64,000 bases of DNA from Candidatus Egerieousia sp. (lineage in GTDB: Bacteria > Bacteroidota > Bacteroidia > Bacteroidales > UBA932), in NCBI GenBank assembly GCA_036804445.1, contig DAIRSJ010000002.1, forward strand, positions 2,025-66,024, written 5' to 3'. The stretch's first letter is position 1, and every line of letters begins with the position of its first letter. A program made the position numbers and the translations under genes. Under the pieces are notes generated by a model. The model did not search any database, was not told the origin of the DNA, and was given only the letters and a program-made list of their open reading frames with translations. Positions 9,526 to 19,700 of the stretch are shown here, piece by piece.

Positions 9526-11382
9526 ATGGCAGAGAAGTTATTTGCTGAGTTTCCTCCTGTTCCCAAACAGTTATGGGAGGATGCTATCATAAAAGATTTG
9601 AAGGGTGCCGATTATCAGAAAAAGCTGGTTTGGAGGAGCCTGGAAGGGTTTTCCGTTCAGCCTTACTATCGCGCGGAGGACCTTAAGGGTCTTAAGCATC
9701 TTGGTGGAGAGGCGGGCTTGTTCCCGTTTGTAAGAGGCACAAAAGATGACAACACCTGGCTTATAAGGCAGGACTATGAGGTCAAGGACAACTTTAAAAA
9801 AGCCAACTCTTTGGCTCTCGACGGATTAATGAAGGGAGTTACTGCAGCCGGCTTTAATTTTTCACAGACAAAGAGTATTACCAAGGCTTCCATGAAGACT
9901 TTACTTAATGGCATCTCCCTTGCGGACGTTGAAGTCAATTTCACCGGGTGCAGGGAGTTAAGCGTACTTAAGGCCTTTCTTGGCGTTGTTGCGGATCAAA
10001 AGATTAAGCCTTCCGCTATTAACGCCTCTTTTGATTATGACCCTCTCAAAGAGCTTAATGCTACCGGGCTATATGATAATAAAGCCGCTGCAAAATTGCT
10101 TTCAAAGGCAATTGAAATGGTAAAAGATTATCCAAATATCAGAGTTGTAGGTATTTACACTTACGCCTTCAATGATGCAGGCTCAAGCATTTGCCAAGAG
10201 CTTGGATACGGAATGGCAATGGGCAGCGAATATCTTAACCTTCTAAAAGGGGCCGGAATTAAGGCTGATGAAGCGGCAAAGAGAATAAAATTCACATTCT
10301 CCGTGGGAAGCATTTACTTTATGGAAATTGCAAAGTTCCGCGCAGCCAGAATGCTGTGGGCAAACATTGTAAAAGCATACGGCGCAAAGAGTGACAGCAG
10401 TGCAAAGATAAAAGTACATGCCGTTACAAGCCAATGGAATCAAACCGTTTATGATCCGTATATCAATATGTTGAGAGATACAACGGAGTCTATGAGCGCT
10501 GCTATTGCAGGTGTTGATTCTCTGGAGGTTCTTCCATTTGATCATGCGTTTAGAAAGCCCGGGGAGTTTAGCAACAGAATTGCAAGGAATGTTCAGTCCT
10601 TACTGATGGACGAGTCTCATTTCAATAAAGTTGTAGACCCTGCAGCAGGTTCTTATTATGTAGAAATGCTGACGGATTCTATTTCAAAGGCCGCTTGGGA
10701 TTTATTCAATAAAGTAGAAAATGCGGGGGGATATGTAGAGTCATTTAAGGCGGATACAATTCAGGCATCTGTAAAAGAAACTTCTGCAAAGAGAGATTCC
10801 AACATTGCAACAAGAAGAGATAACATCCTTGGAACCAACCAATTCCCCAACTTCATAGAGGTTGCGGACAAAGACGTTACAAAGAAAGTTGTAACACGCA
10901 GTGCAGCACCTGCAAAGAAGGGAAAGATGCTCGGACGTCCGCTGGAAAAATACAGAGGTGCTCAGGCATTTGAGGCTTTGAGGTTTAAGACGGACAGGGC
11001 GGCAAAGCGGCCGGTTGCATTCATGATTACTTACGGTAATCTTGCAATGTGCAGAGCAAGAGCTCAGTTTGCATGCAACTTCTTTGCAGTGGCAGGATTC
11101 AAGGTTATTGATAACAATAGATTTGAATCTGTAGAAGAGGGTGTTAAGGCTGGTCTTAAGGCAAAGGCGGATATTCTTGTAGCATGCTCGTCTGATGATG
11201 AGTACGCAGAATCAGCTCCTCAGATTGCAAAACTTGCGGGCAAGAAAGCAATAGTAGTTGTTGCCGGAGAACCGGAGTGCAAAGAGGAATTGATGGCAAA
11301 GGGTATAAAGAACTTTATCTGCGTAAAGAGCAATGTTCTTGAGACGCTGACGGAGTATCAGACTAAACTTGGAGTTAAATAG
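9526..11382 (+). CDS. mutA: Methylmalonyl-CoA mutase small (beta) subunit
   Basis: 618 aa. It has a mutase-fold N-terminal domain and a C-terminal B12-domain-like region lacking the DxHxxG ligand. It lies immediately upstream of mutB. Confidence 0.85.
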   Translation: MAEKLFAEFPPVPKQLWEDAIIKDLKGADYQKKLVWRSLEGFSVQPYYRAEDLKGLKHLGGEAGLFPFVRGTKDDNTWLIRQDYEVKDNFKKANSLALDGLMKGVTAAGFNFSQTKSITKASMKTLLNGISLADVEVNFTGCRELSVLKAFLGVVADQKIKPSAINASFDYDPLKELNATGLYDNKAAAKLLSKAIEMVKDYPNIRVVGIYTYAFNDAGSSICQELGYGMAMGSEYLNLLKGAGIKADEAAKRIKFTFSVGSIYFMEIAKFRAARMLWANIVKAYGAKSDSSAKIKVHAVTSQWNQTVYDPYINMLRDTTESMSAAIAGVDSLEVLPFDHAFRKPGEFSNRIARNVQSLLMDESHFNKVVDPAAGSYYVEMLTDSISKAAWDLFNKVENAGGYVESFKADTIQASVKETSAKRDSNIATRRDNILGTNQFPNFIEVADKDVTKKVVTRSAAPAKKGKMLGRPLEKYRGAQAFEALRFKTDRAAKRPVAFMITYGNLAMCRARAQFACNFFAVAGFKVIDNNRFESVEEGVKAGLKAKADILVACSSDDEYAESAPQIAKLAGKKAIVVVAGEPECKEELMAKGIKNFICVKSNVLETLTEYQTKLGVK

Positions 11383-11394
11383 GAGGGAGATAAT

Positions 11395-13524
11395 ATGAGA
11401 CCAAAATTTTCAGAAATATTATATAAAGACAACAGCGCCCCTATTAAGTTGAAAGAGAGCGAGTGGCTGACACCGGAAAAAATAGAGGTTAAGACAAACT
11501 ATACGGAGAAAGATTTAGAAGGAATGGAGCATTTAAGTTATGCCGCCGGAATTCCTCCTTTCTTAAGAGGCCCTTACAGCACAATGTATGTTCAAAGACC
11601 TTGGACCGTAAGACAATACGCAGGTTTCTCCACGGCAGAAGAATCCAATGCGTTCTACAGAAGAAACCTTGCAGCGGGACAGAAAGGTCTGTCGGTTGCA
11701 TTTGACCTTCCAACACACAGGGGATATAATGCGGATAATCCGAGAGTTGTTGGTGATGTGGGAAAGGCCGGCGTAAGTATCTGCTCGGTAGAAGATATGA
11801 AAGTTCTGTTTGACCAGATTCCTCTTGGGAAAATGTCCGTATCAATGACAATGAACGGAGCCGTTCTTCCAATCCTGGCTTTTTATATAGTAGCAGGTCT
11901 TGAGCAGGGAGTGAAACTGGAAGAAATGCAGGGAACTATACAAAATGATATCCTTAAGGAGTTTATGGTACGCAATACTTACATCTATCCGCCTGAGTTT
12001 TCCATGAAAATAATAGGTGATATTTTTGCGTACACTTCCAAGTACATGCCTAAGTTCAACTCCATTTCAATCTCCGGCTACCACATGCAGGAGGCGGGCG
12101 CAACCAACGATATTGAGATGGCATACACACTTGCAGACGGCCTTGAGTATTTGAGAACCGGTATCAATGCAGGCATAGAGGTGGACAAGTTTGCACCGCG
12201 TCTGTCTTTCTTCTGGGCCATCGGCACCAATCACTTTATGGAGATTGCCAAGATGCGCGCAGCAAGATTATTGTGGGCAAAACTGGTAAACCGGTTCCAT
12301 CCAAAGAGCACTAAGTCTCTGTCGCTAAGAACACACTGCCAAACCAGCGGATGGTCATTAACGGAGCAAGATCCTTTTAATAATGTTGCAAGAACCTGCG
12401 TTGAGGCAATGGCGGCAGCACTGGGGCATACACAGTCTCTTCATACAAATGCACTGGACGAGGCAATTGCACTCCCGACGGATTTTTCCGCACGTATTGC
12501 AAGAAATACCCAGCTTTACATTCAGCAGGAAACTGCGGTTTGCAAATCAATTGACCCATGGGCAGGCTCATATTACATTGAATCTCTGACAAATGAACTG
12601 GCTCACAAAGCATGGGCCCACATTCAGGAAATTGAGAAACTTGGCGGAATGGCAAAGGCAATTGAGACCGGTATTCCCAAGTTGAGAATTGAGGAGGCAG
12701 CCGCACGCAAGCAGGCAAGAATTGACTCCGGAGAGGAGACAATCATTGGTCTGAACAAGTACAGACTGGAGCATGAGGACCCTATCAAGATTCTTGACAT
12801 TGATAATACTAAAGTGCGCAATCAGCAAATTGCCAGACTGGAAGAGCTAAGAAAGAATAGAGACAATCAGAAAGTTGAACAGTGTCTTGCAGCAATCACA
12901 GAGGCCGTAGAAACCAAGAAAGGCAACCTGCTTGAACTTGCAGTTGAGGCGGCAAAAGCGCGCGCATCTCTTGGAGAAATCTCAGATGCATGTGAGAAAA
13001 TTGTTGGAAGATACACAGCAAAAATTCGTATGAACGTAGGCGTATATTCATCTGAAGTTAAGAAAGATGCAGAGTTTGAGAAAGCCAAGAAAATGGTTGC
13101 GGACTTTGCAAAGAAAGAGGGCCGTCAGCCAAGAATCATGATTGCAAAACTTGGTCAGGATGGTCACGACAGAGGTGCCAAAGTTGTTGCAACCGGCTAC
13201 GCTGATTGCGGCTTTGATGTAGATATGGGACCGTTGTTCCAGACACCTGCGGAGGCTGCAAAACAAGCTGTTGAGAATGACGTCCACATCATCGGAATAT
13301 CGTCCCTTGCAGCGGGCCACAAGACTCTTGTACCTCAGGTAATTAGTGAACTTAAAAAACTCGGCCGCGAGGATATAATGGTTACAGTGGGCGGAGTTAT
13401 CCCGGCACAAGATTATAAAGTCCTTTACAAGGACGGTGCGGCTGCAATTTTTGGTCCCGGTACTAGAGTATCCTATTCTGTAATTAAAATGATGGAGTTG
13501 CTAAATCAAAAATTCAAAAAATAG
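11395..13524 (+). CDS. mutB: Methylmalonyl-CoA mutase large (alpha) subunit
   Basis: 709 aa with [27 protein letters not shown] and the B12-binding [11 protein letters not shown] (DxHxxG) motif. Confidence 0.95.
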   Translation: MRPKFSEILYKDNSAPIKLKESEWLTPEKIEVKTNYTEKDLEGMEHLSYAAGIPPFLRGPYSTMYVQRPWTVRQYAGFSTAEESNAFYRRNLAAGQKGLSVAFDLPTHRGYNADNPRVVGDVGKAGVSICSVEDMKVLFDQIPLGKMSVSMTMNGAVLPILAFYIVAGLEQGVKLEEMQGTIQNDILKEFMVRNTYIYPPEFSMKIIGDIFAYTSKYMPKFNSISISGYHMQEAGATNDIEMAYTLADGLEYLRTGINAGIEVDKFAPRLSFFWAIGTNHFMEIAKMRAARLLWAKLVNRFHPKSTKSLSLRTHCQTSGWSLTEQDPFNNVARTCVEAMAAALGHTQSLHTNALDEAIALPTDFSARIARNTQLYIQQETAVCKSIDPWAGSYYIESLTNELAHKAWAHIQEIEKLGGMAKAIETGIPKLRIEEAAARKQARIDSGEETIIGLNKYRLEHEDPIKILDIDNTKVRNQQIARLEELRKNRDNQKVEQCLAAITEAVETKKGNLLELAVEAAKARASLGEISDACEKIVGRYTAKIRMNVGVYSSEVKKDAEFEKAKKMVADFAKKEGRQPRIMIAKLGQDGHDRGAKVVATGYADCGFDVDMGPLFQTPAEAAKQAVENDVHIIGISSLAAGHKTLVPQVISELKKLGREDIMVTVGGVIPAQDYKVLYKDGAAAIFGPGTRVSYSVIKMMELLNQKFKK

Positions 13525-13546
13525 CAATACGGAGGAGTAATAAAAA

Positions 13547-13588
13547 TTTGGCCGGCCAAAAAATAATTTTGGCCGGCCTGGTTTTTTT
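13547..13588 (+). terminator. Intrinsic terminator after mutB
   Basis: A 12-bp GC-rich stem (TTTGGCCGGCCAAAA / TTTTGGCCGGCC) is followed by TGGTTTTTTT. Confidence 0.8.
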
Positions 13589-13697
13589 GCAAACACCTGC
13601 TTCTATTAACGTAACATTAACCAAATATCCTTAATGTTCAACATAATAAGAGTAAAGAATTATTATTATAAACACATAAACAATTTTAATCAGTCAT

Positions 13698-15941
13698 TTA
13701 GTTTCTGGGATCATCATTAGCTCCCCACCTGTAATCTGCTTTTCTCTCAATCTTTCCGTATAAAACTCTTCCGTCTTTTAATACGGCATGGAAAGCCAAA
13801 TATCCATTTTCACCGGAATCCCACTGGATAATACCGCTGGTAAAACCGCCGTCAGTAGAATTGAAAATCTGCCCGCCGGCATAATATTCAAACTCAACTG
13901 CACTATTTCCTATAAAACTCTCCTCAGGTTCTCCGGGATTCTGAGCATTTATATCAACACTAATGTATTCTTCCGGCTGAACCGCATAATTATTTGGAAT
14001 CGAAGGGGTAAAAACATTCCAATAATCCTTGCAATAGGCTCCGTCTTCCCCAAATATACCGTGCCAGAATTCTGCATATCCTCTCCATGCCACGGATTTT
14101 CTTACTCCACCGATATAATAAACATCAGATTCATAACTTCTGGTATCAAGCATGTAAGTAAAATAGGGCTTTCCGTGATAGCGTCCCTTCATAACTCCGG
14201 ATGAACCGGTAACGTTGTAAATTAATGTGTAATAGTAATCGCCGTCAGAACAAAGAATTCTGTTTACCAAAACTTTTCCGCTCGTAAAATCACCATTTTT
14301 ATTCCCCCTCGTTACGGTTACATTATCATCCCCTGTAATGTGATATTGGAAATTAAGTTCTGAATTTTTGATATCCAGCCAAGTACCCAACTTTGAAGGA
14401 GGTACGTCCACCGTAATACTTGGAGAAGGGTATCGCACCCTTGAAGGTGCACCCTCGCAAGATGTAATCATAACCATCTCGTAATCACTTCCATGAAAAG
14501 CTCCACAACTTGTCAAAGCCTTCTTTTGAGTGAGCCAGGTTGAACATGTAAAATACCGGTTGGGACAATCTTTATCGTTTTCTCTGGAATCATCCGTGCT
14601 CTCCACCGGTGTATCATAATGATCTCCTTTAATCTCAGTTCCATTGTCAAGAACTATATCAAAAATCGCCTTGTATATTCCGTATGAACTCGTTAACTCA
14701 ACTGTTCCGGAGACTATGGTTCCTTCTAAGGAATTATAGTTTTTCCCACCGGCGTGATACTCAACTTCCAAACGCGGATCCTTTACATCAACTTTCTTAC
14801 CCACAAGTGATGAAGGATACTCTATCCCAACATACTCTGTAGAGTCCTTTGTCATACCTGCCGGAATAATAGTAACCCAATTGTAAGAGCTATTTTTGTA
14901 CAACCATGAATGATCTATAGTTTTTTTATCTGTCCCCACAATGTAAGTCCCTCTTTCAAAACCATTTGGTTCCCTGGGATCAGACGATAAAAAAGTAGGG
15001 ATACCGCCAAAATCCAACGTCAATGTTTTGGCATTTGACAAAATCAGAGATAATGATATTTCAATAGCATTCCCGGAATTAAGTATAGCACTAACAGTAC
15101 CGCTTGTAATGCCGCCTCCCTCCATATTGGTGTAAATTACACCGTTGTCACTAACCTTAACAACTATTCCTGATGTATTCAAAATACTCGCAGATGTACC
15201 GCCATAGGCAAATCCCGACGGTAATTCTATTGAAACATAAAAAGAAGGCATCGCTGTTGTATCAACAGCCGTCAACTTGGAGGCATTAAATAATATCCAC
15301 CTGTAACTGTTGCCAATATATTCCTCTCCGTACATCTTTGTAGATGTTCCTCCATAATTCACTGTACCACTGCCGTCACGTTGATCGCCGCCATCTTCCC
15401 GCGGGTCACTGGAAAAAGCTACCGGCTGTCCGCTATAACTGAGAGAAATTGCAGTTCCGGAATCACTTTTTGTCTTTACGCCGGGAATGTCCCCTAAAAC
15501 AGAAGATGATGATGATGAAGCGGTAGCAAGAACCACACTCATAGTAACCGTATAAGAATCGTTACTTTTAACAACGGAAATATTACCGCTGCTAAACCCG
15601 TTAAGATCAGATTCGTAATCTTTGCCGTTATATGAAATTTTAACCGTTAAACCGCTGGTACCCAAAATACTGTGAGAACCGCCCATAAGAGACGGAGTAA
15701 TATCCACGCTTACATACAGCGATGGAGGATTCACCATGTTTGTTACCTGAGTTGGAGAAAAAACAAGATAAGTAGACTCGGATCCCACATAGCAAGAACC
15801 ATAAATTGTTGACTGGCTATCGCCTACCTTCATGGTCCCCTTTCCTGAATCCTTTTTTACGGGGTCGCCGCCTTTTGAACAGCTGTAGGGCAGCGAAAAT
15901 AACACACTTGAAACTAAAACCAGATAGAAAAATTTTTTCAT
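13698..15941 (-). CDS. Repeat lipoprotein of unknown function (five ~130-150 aa modules)
   Basis: 747 aa with a signal peptide plus Cys (SLPYSC). The five modules share a YV(G/S)(I/V)(E/D)-x-P..L-GG..-x-I pattern and ...SG.V... cores. They are separated by acidic D-P/S-R-E linkers (SSDPREDGG, SSDPREPNG, TDDSREND, and C-terminal NDDPRN). Confidence 0.6.
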   Translation of the reverse strand: MKKFFYLVLVSSVLFSLPYSCSKGGDPVKKDSGKGTMKVGDSQSTIYGSCYVGSESTYLVFSPTQVTNMVNPPSLYVSVDITPSLMGGSHSILGTSGLTVKISYNGKDYESDLNGFSSGNISVVKSNDSYTVTMSVVLATASSSSSSVLGDIPGVKTKSDSGTAISLSYSGQPVAFSSDPREDGGDQRDGSGTVNYGGTSTKMYGEEYIGNSYRWILFNASKLTAVDTTAMPSFYVSIELPSGFAYGGTSASILNTSGIVVKVSDNGVIYTNMEGGGITSGTVSAILNSGNAIEISLSLILSNAKTLTLDFGGIPTFLSSDPREPNGFERGTYIVGTDKKTIDHSWLYKNSSYNWVTIIPAGMTKDSTEYVGIEYPSSLVGKKVDVKDPRLEVEYHAGGKNYNSLEGTIVSGTVELTSSYGIYKAIFDIVLDNGTEIKGDHYDTPVESTDDSRENDKDCPNRYFTCSTWLTQKKALTSCGAFHGSDYEMVMITSCEGAPSRVRYPSPSITVDVPPSKLGTWLDIKNSELNFQYHITGDDNVTVTRGNKNGDFTSGKVLVNRILCSDGDYYYTLIYNVTGSSGVMKGRYHGKPYFTYMLDTRSYESDVYYIGGVRKSVAWRGYAEFWHGIFGEDGAYCKDYWNVFTPSIPNNYAVQPEEYISVDINAQNPGEPEESFIGNSAVEFEYYAGGQIFNSTDGGFTSGIIQWDSGENGYLAFHAVLKDGRVLYGKIERKADYRWGANDDPRN

Positions 15942-16035
15942 AGTAGAATAAATGTTTTTTGTTACAAAGTGAACAATTCTACCAAAAAAAACTGTAAAGG
16001 AAATACCTACTTATTCTGCCGAAAAAAACCACACA

Positions 16036-16704
16036 TTACTCCTCAAAGGCAGTGAGTCCATGCTTAATTCCAAAAGCCACACATTCGGCAATTGTTTTTA
16101 AACCGAGTTTATTTTTAATCCTGTCCTTGTTGGTCTCGACAGTACTTTGATTTATATTCATCATAACGCCTATTTCCTTATTGCTGAAGCCGTCCGTAAC
16201 ATGCTGCAAGACTTCCATCTCCTTTTTACTCAAAGAAAATGGCTTTATCTTTTCAATGTTTTTTTCCCCCCCGAACATGTTTTCCAAAATCTCTTTTCCT
16301 ATTGTATCTCCAAAAAAAAGACAATTCCCCTTGTAAACATTACAGATTGCGTCTACCACCAGTTCCGGCAAGGAATCTTTAGCTAAATAAGCTTTGGATT
16401 TTGCCAGCAACGCACGGTATATGTATCGTCCGTTTTTAAACTGCGAAAGCATCATTGTCCTGACGGAAGGGTAATTATCCCTTATTTTCTCCGCGAGTTC
16501 CAAACCGTCTTCTCCCTCTTTCATGCAAACATCAATCGTTGCCACATCTATGTCCGGGTGCTGTTTTAATTGTTCCATCGCCTCATCAGGACAGCAGGCC
16601 TGATAAACGGAACCTATTCTATCATCACATTTCAGTACCGTTTGGAGGCCTATGATGTGAAGAGGCGAATCGTCTACTATAATAAGATTAATCTTTTTGT
16701 TCAT
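16036..16704 (-). CDS. Response regulator, NarL/LuxR family
   Basis: 222 aa. The receiver domain has DD at residues 11-12 and the acceptor Asp in VATIDVCM. The C-terminal LuxR HTH reads LSKKEMEVLQHVTDGFSNKEIGVMMNINQSTVETNKDRI. Confidence 0.85.
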   Translation of the reverse strand: MNKKINLIIVDDSPLHIIGLQTVLKCDDRIGSVYQACCPDEAMEQLKQHPDIDVATIDVCMKEGEDGLELAEKIRDNYPSVRTMMLSQFKNGRYIYRALLAKSKAYLAKDSLPELVVDAICNVYKGNCLFFGDTIGKEILENMFGGEKNIEKIKPFSLSKKEMEVLQHVTDGFSNKEIGVMMNINQSTVETNKDRIKNKLGLKTIAECVAFGIKHGLTAFEE

Positions 16705-19700
16705 TACAGATACTCTATAGAAATAGTGAAAATACTCCCTTGTCCTATCTTACTTTCAACAAATATACTCTCTCCCAATTTATTTAGCAACTCATTCACA
16801 ATAAGCAGACCAAGGCCCGTCCCTCTTTCTCCTGCAGTTCCGGACATCGAATTTCCGGGGCTAACCCTGAATAAGTTTTCAACGACATCCCTGCTCATTC
16901 CGGCACCAACGTCTTTCACGGATAACAATATCCTATGATCCGAGTTTGGAAAAGACTTGGAAAAAATTAATATTTCACCTCCTCGCGGGGAGAACTTTAC
17001 AGCATTACTCAACAAATTTCTCAAAATTGTTGTAAGCAAATTCAAATCCGTATGTACCTTAATATCAGCCCGTACCGTATTATGTATTAATACTGATTTA
17101 GCTTCAGCCTGATCAGAAACTTCCCGGATTGCCGAATTGACTATTCCTTCAAGCAAACAATCACTGAAGATCGGTCTTATTATCTTCCTTTGACCCAAAA
17201 CCCACATCAACAAAGAGTCTAATAATTCTGCCGTATTGGAAGAAGCCTTGCCGAGTTCTTCCAAACATTGTCCCAATTCCACATCATTCATTCCATGAAA
17301 ATTTTCTAACAGACTATGCGTCAGGTTCCTTATACCATAAACCGGATTTTTAAGGTCATGTGAAATTATAGAAAAAAACTTATTCTTCGATTCCACTTCT
17401 TCTTTGAGTTCCATGGTCCTTTTTTCTACAACTCTTTCTAATTTTTCATTCTTTTTGCGCAAAGTTCTCTCTCTGTACGATATCAATAGATAAGTCAGGA
17501 AACAAAAACAGATTACAAACAACAGAATAAAAGGCCAAGAAAGGAGCAAGGGCGCGGCTACTCTTATCTTAAGTTCAAATTTACCCGTTCCCGCCAAAAA
17601 TCCCGCATCCGCCACTTCACCGGCCCTGCCGGGCCATTTCCCCATAGCATTAGTGCACTGAATTTCAATTGTATATGCACCGGACGGAATCTTAGTGTAT
17701 TTTGCACTTAAAGACGGATACCGCACATAATTCCATCCCTTTTCGTAACCTTTTAGCCTGTAGCGATACTCTATGTATTTTCCGGTCACATAATCGCTTG
17801 AACCAAAATTGAAAGAAATGGTATTATCCTTATGATGCAACTTCTTGATTTTTCCGTACCCGGCCAAATCAGAATACAACAAATGTTCGCCGCACCGCAT
17901 ATCGGTAACCAGAATGGACGGAAAATGAACATCCGCCAACAAACTGTCGGGATTAAAAATATTAAAGCCGGCATCACCGCCAAATGCAAGTGACCCCTTA
18001 GGGGAAATATTACGCCCGCCCACATTTAAAGAGCAGGAAGCCCTTGTCGTATAGTTATCCTGCAAAAATCCAAGATACTTATGCAATACACCGATTCTGC
18101 CAAGTTTAGCCGAATAACAATATATACCGTCATTTGTGGAAACCCACATTCTATGATGTCTATCCTGTTCTATACTCATTATTTTCAAACCTTGCATGCC
18201 TTCTACCCTCTTCCCGATGGATTTTGTATTAAAATCATTGAACCGCTCACTACCGGGAAAAGACCATATACTTGATGAAGAAAACTTGGGAATGGATCTC
18301 ACCGGAACATAATAAAGTCCTGAGCCGGTTCCAACCCACATATTACCGTATATATCTCTTTTCAAACATGTTATATTGTTATCCGGCAATGAATTTGAAT
18401 CCCATGTATATGAACCGTAACGGCGCACTTTATCGGTAGCGGGATTTATCACGTTCACTCCGGCCTCCGTAGTGCCGTACCAAATATTGCCGAAGATATC
18501 CTCGGTTATGCAACTGGCCAGTCTTGAACTAACCGAATATTCATCCTTGTTGTAAAGAAGAAAAAATTTGCCTGTTTTTTTGTTGAATATCTCCATTCCG
18601 GCCTTGGTCCCAACAAAAAACAAAGTGTCATCTATCCCGTAGCAACCTCTGACATCATTGCTCGCTATGGAGACAGCATTCTCCGGATTATTAAAATAAC
18701 TGGCTCTAAGTTTATAATTACTACTTTCCACAACATAAAAACCATCGCTAGTGCTAAGATACAGTCTCCCGTCTCCGGCATTATAGATATCATTTATATG
18801 TTTGCCGGATAACCATTTACGCCCGGCCAAATTAACTTCCTCTTCTTTTATTTTTCTCTGACGGCTAATAATATGTTTCAAAATTTCCTCCGGCATGACC
18901 TTTAAGGGTTTAATATCATCCGTAGCAAGATCATGAACATAATTTTTGCCGCCGAATTGTATATAATTTTTCCCGCCCGCACAATAAATTATTTCATATC
19001 CTGACGTTCTCATTGGCAATTTCAACTGCCCGGGTTTCAGATAATTATAATACATATTCAAAATGCCGGCATTGGGATATCCGGGTGGAATTTTCTGAGT
19101 AAACTGGACAAATCTCTTGCTTTTAAGATCACAATAACCATAATATTTGCCTCCGGCAATATAGATGCGATTAAGCGCCCTTGAAAAAGTCGGAGCGGTT
19201 GTTTTGTCGTTAGGCATCATGGAACGCTGATAATAATTTTTTCCGGTAAAGGCCATAGAAGTCCTGTCGAATTGATTGAGACCTATTCCCTCCCATGTTG
19301 CAGCCCAAAAATTTCCGTGACTGTCTTCAAAGAAATCAGAATACCAATTCGAACCGAAGAAATTTCCTCCGAACAGATCACAATAATCTCCCGGAACTTC
19401 ACTCCAGAGAGCATAACGTCTTATCTCCTTCGTTTTCTTATTGTAGACATTAAAGCCTGCATGCGCCCAAAGACCGATATATATTATGCCTTTTGAATCC
19501 TGATAAAGACATGAAACATTATCCTCGTTCACATATGGATTCCTAATGATCCCCTGTCCGTGCAACCTATACTGCCGGAGCGTATATTTCTCTTTCGCGA
19601 CGGTTTTATTATCCAGCTTCCCGTAAAACAAACGGTATTTTATATTTCCAAACCTCCCAGATGACAAATCAAGAGTATCTACCCCATTATCCTTGGTTCC

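Noticed and set aside
11489-13410. Multiple 65-127 aa antisense or out-of-frame ORFs inside mutB, with similar ones inside leuS, the sensor kinase, thrA and others
   Set aside because: They lie entirely within long, strongly conserved genes. Their composition is low-complexity or skewed, which is typical of shadow ORFs in the opposite frame.
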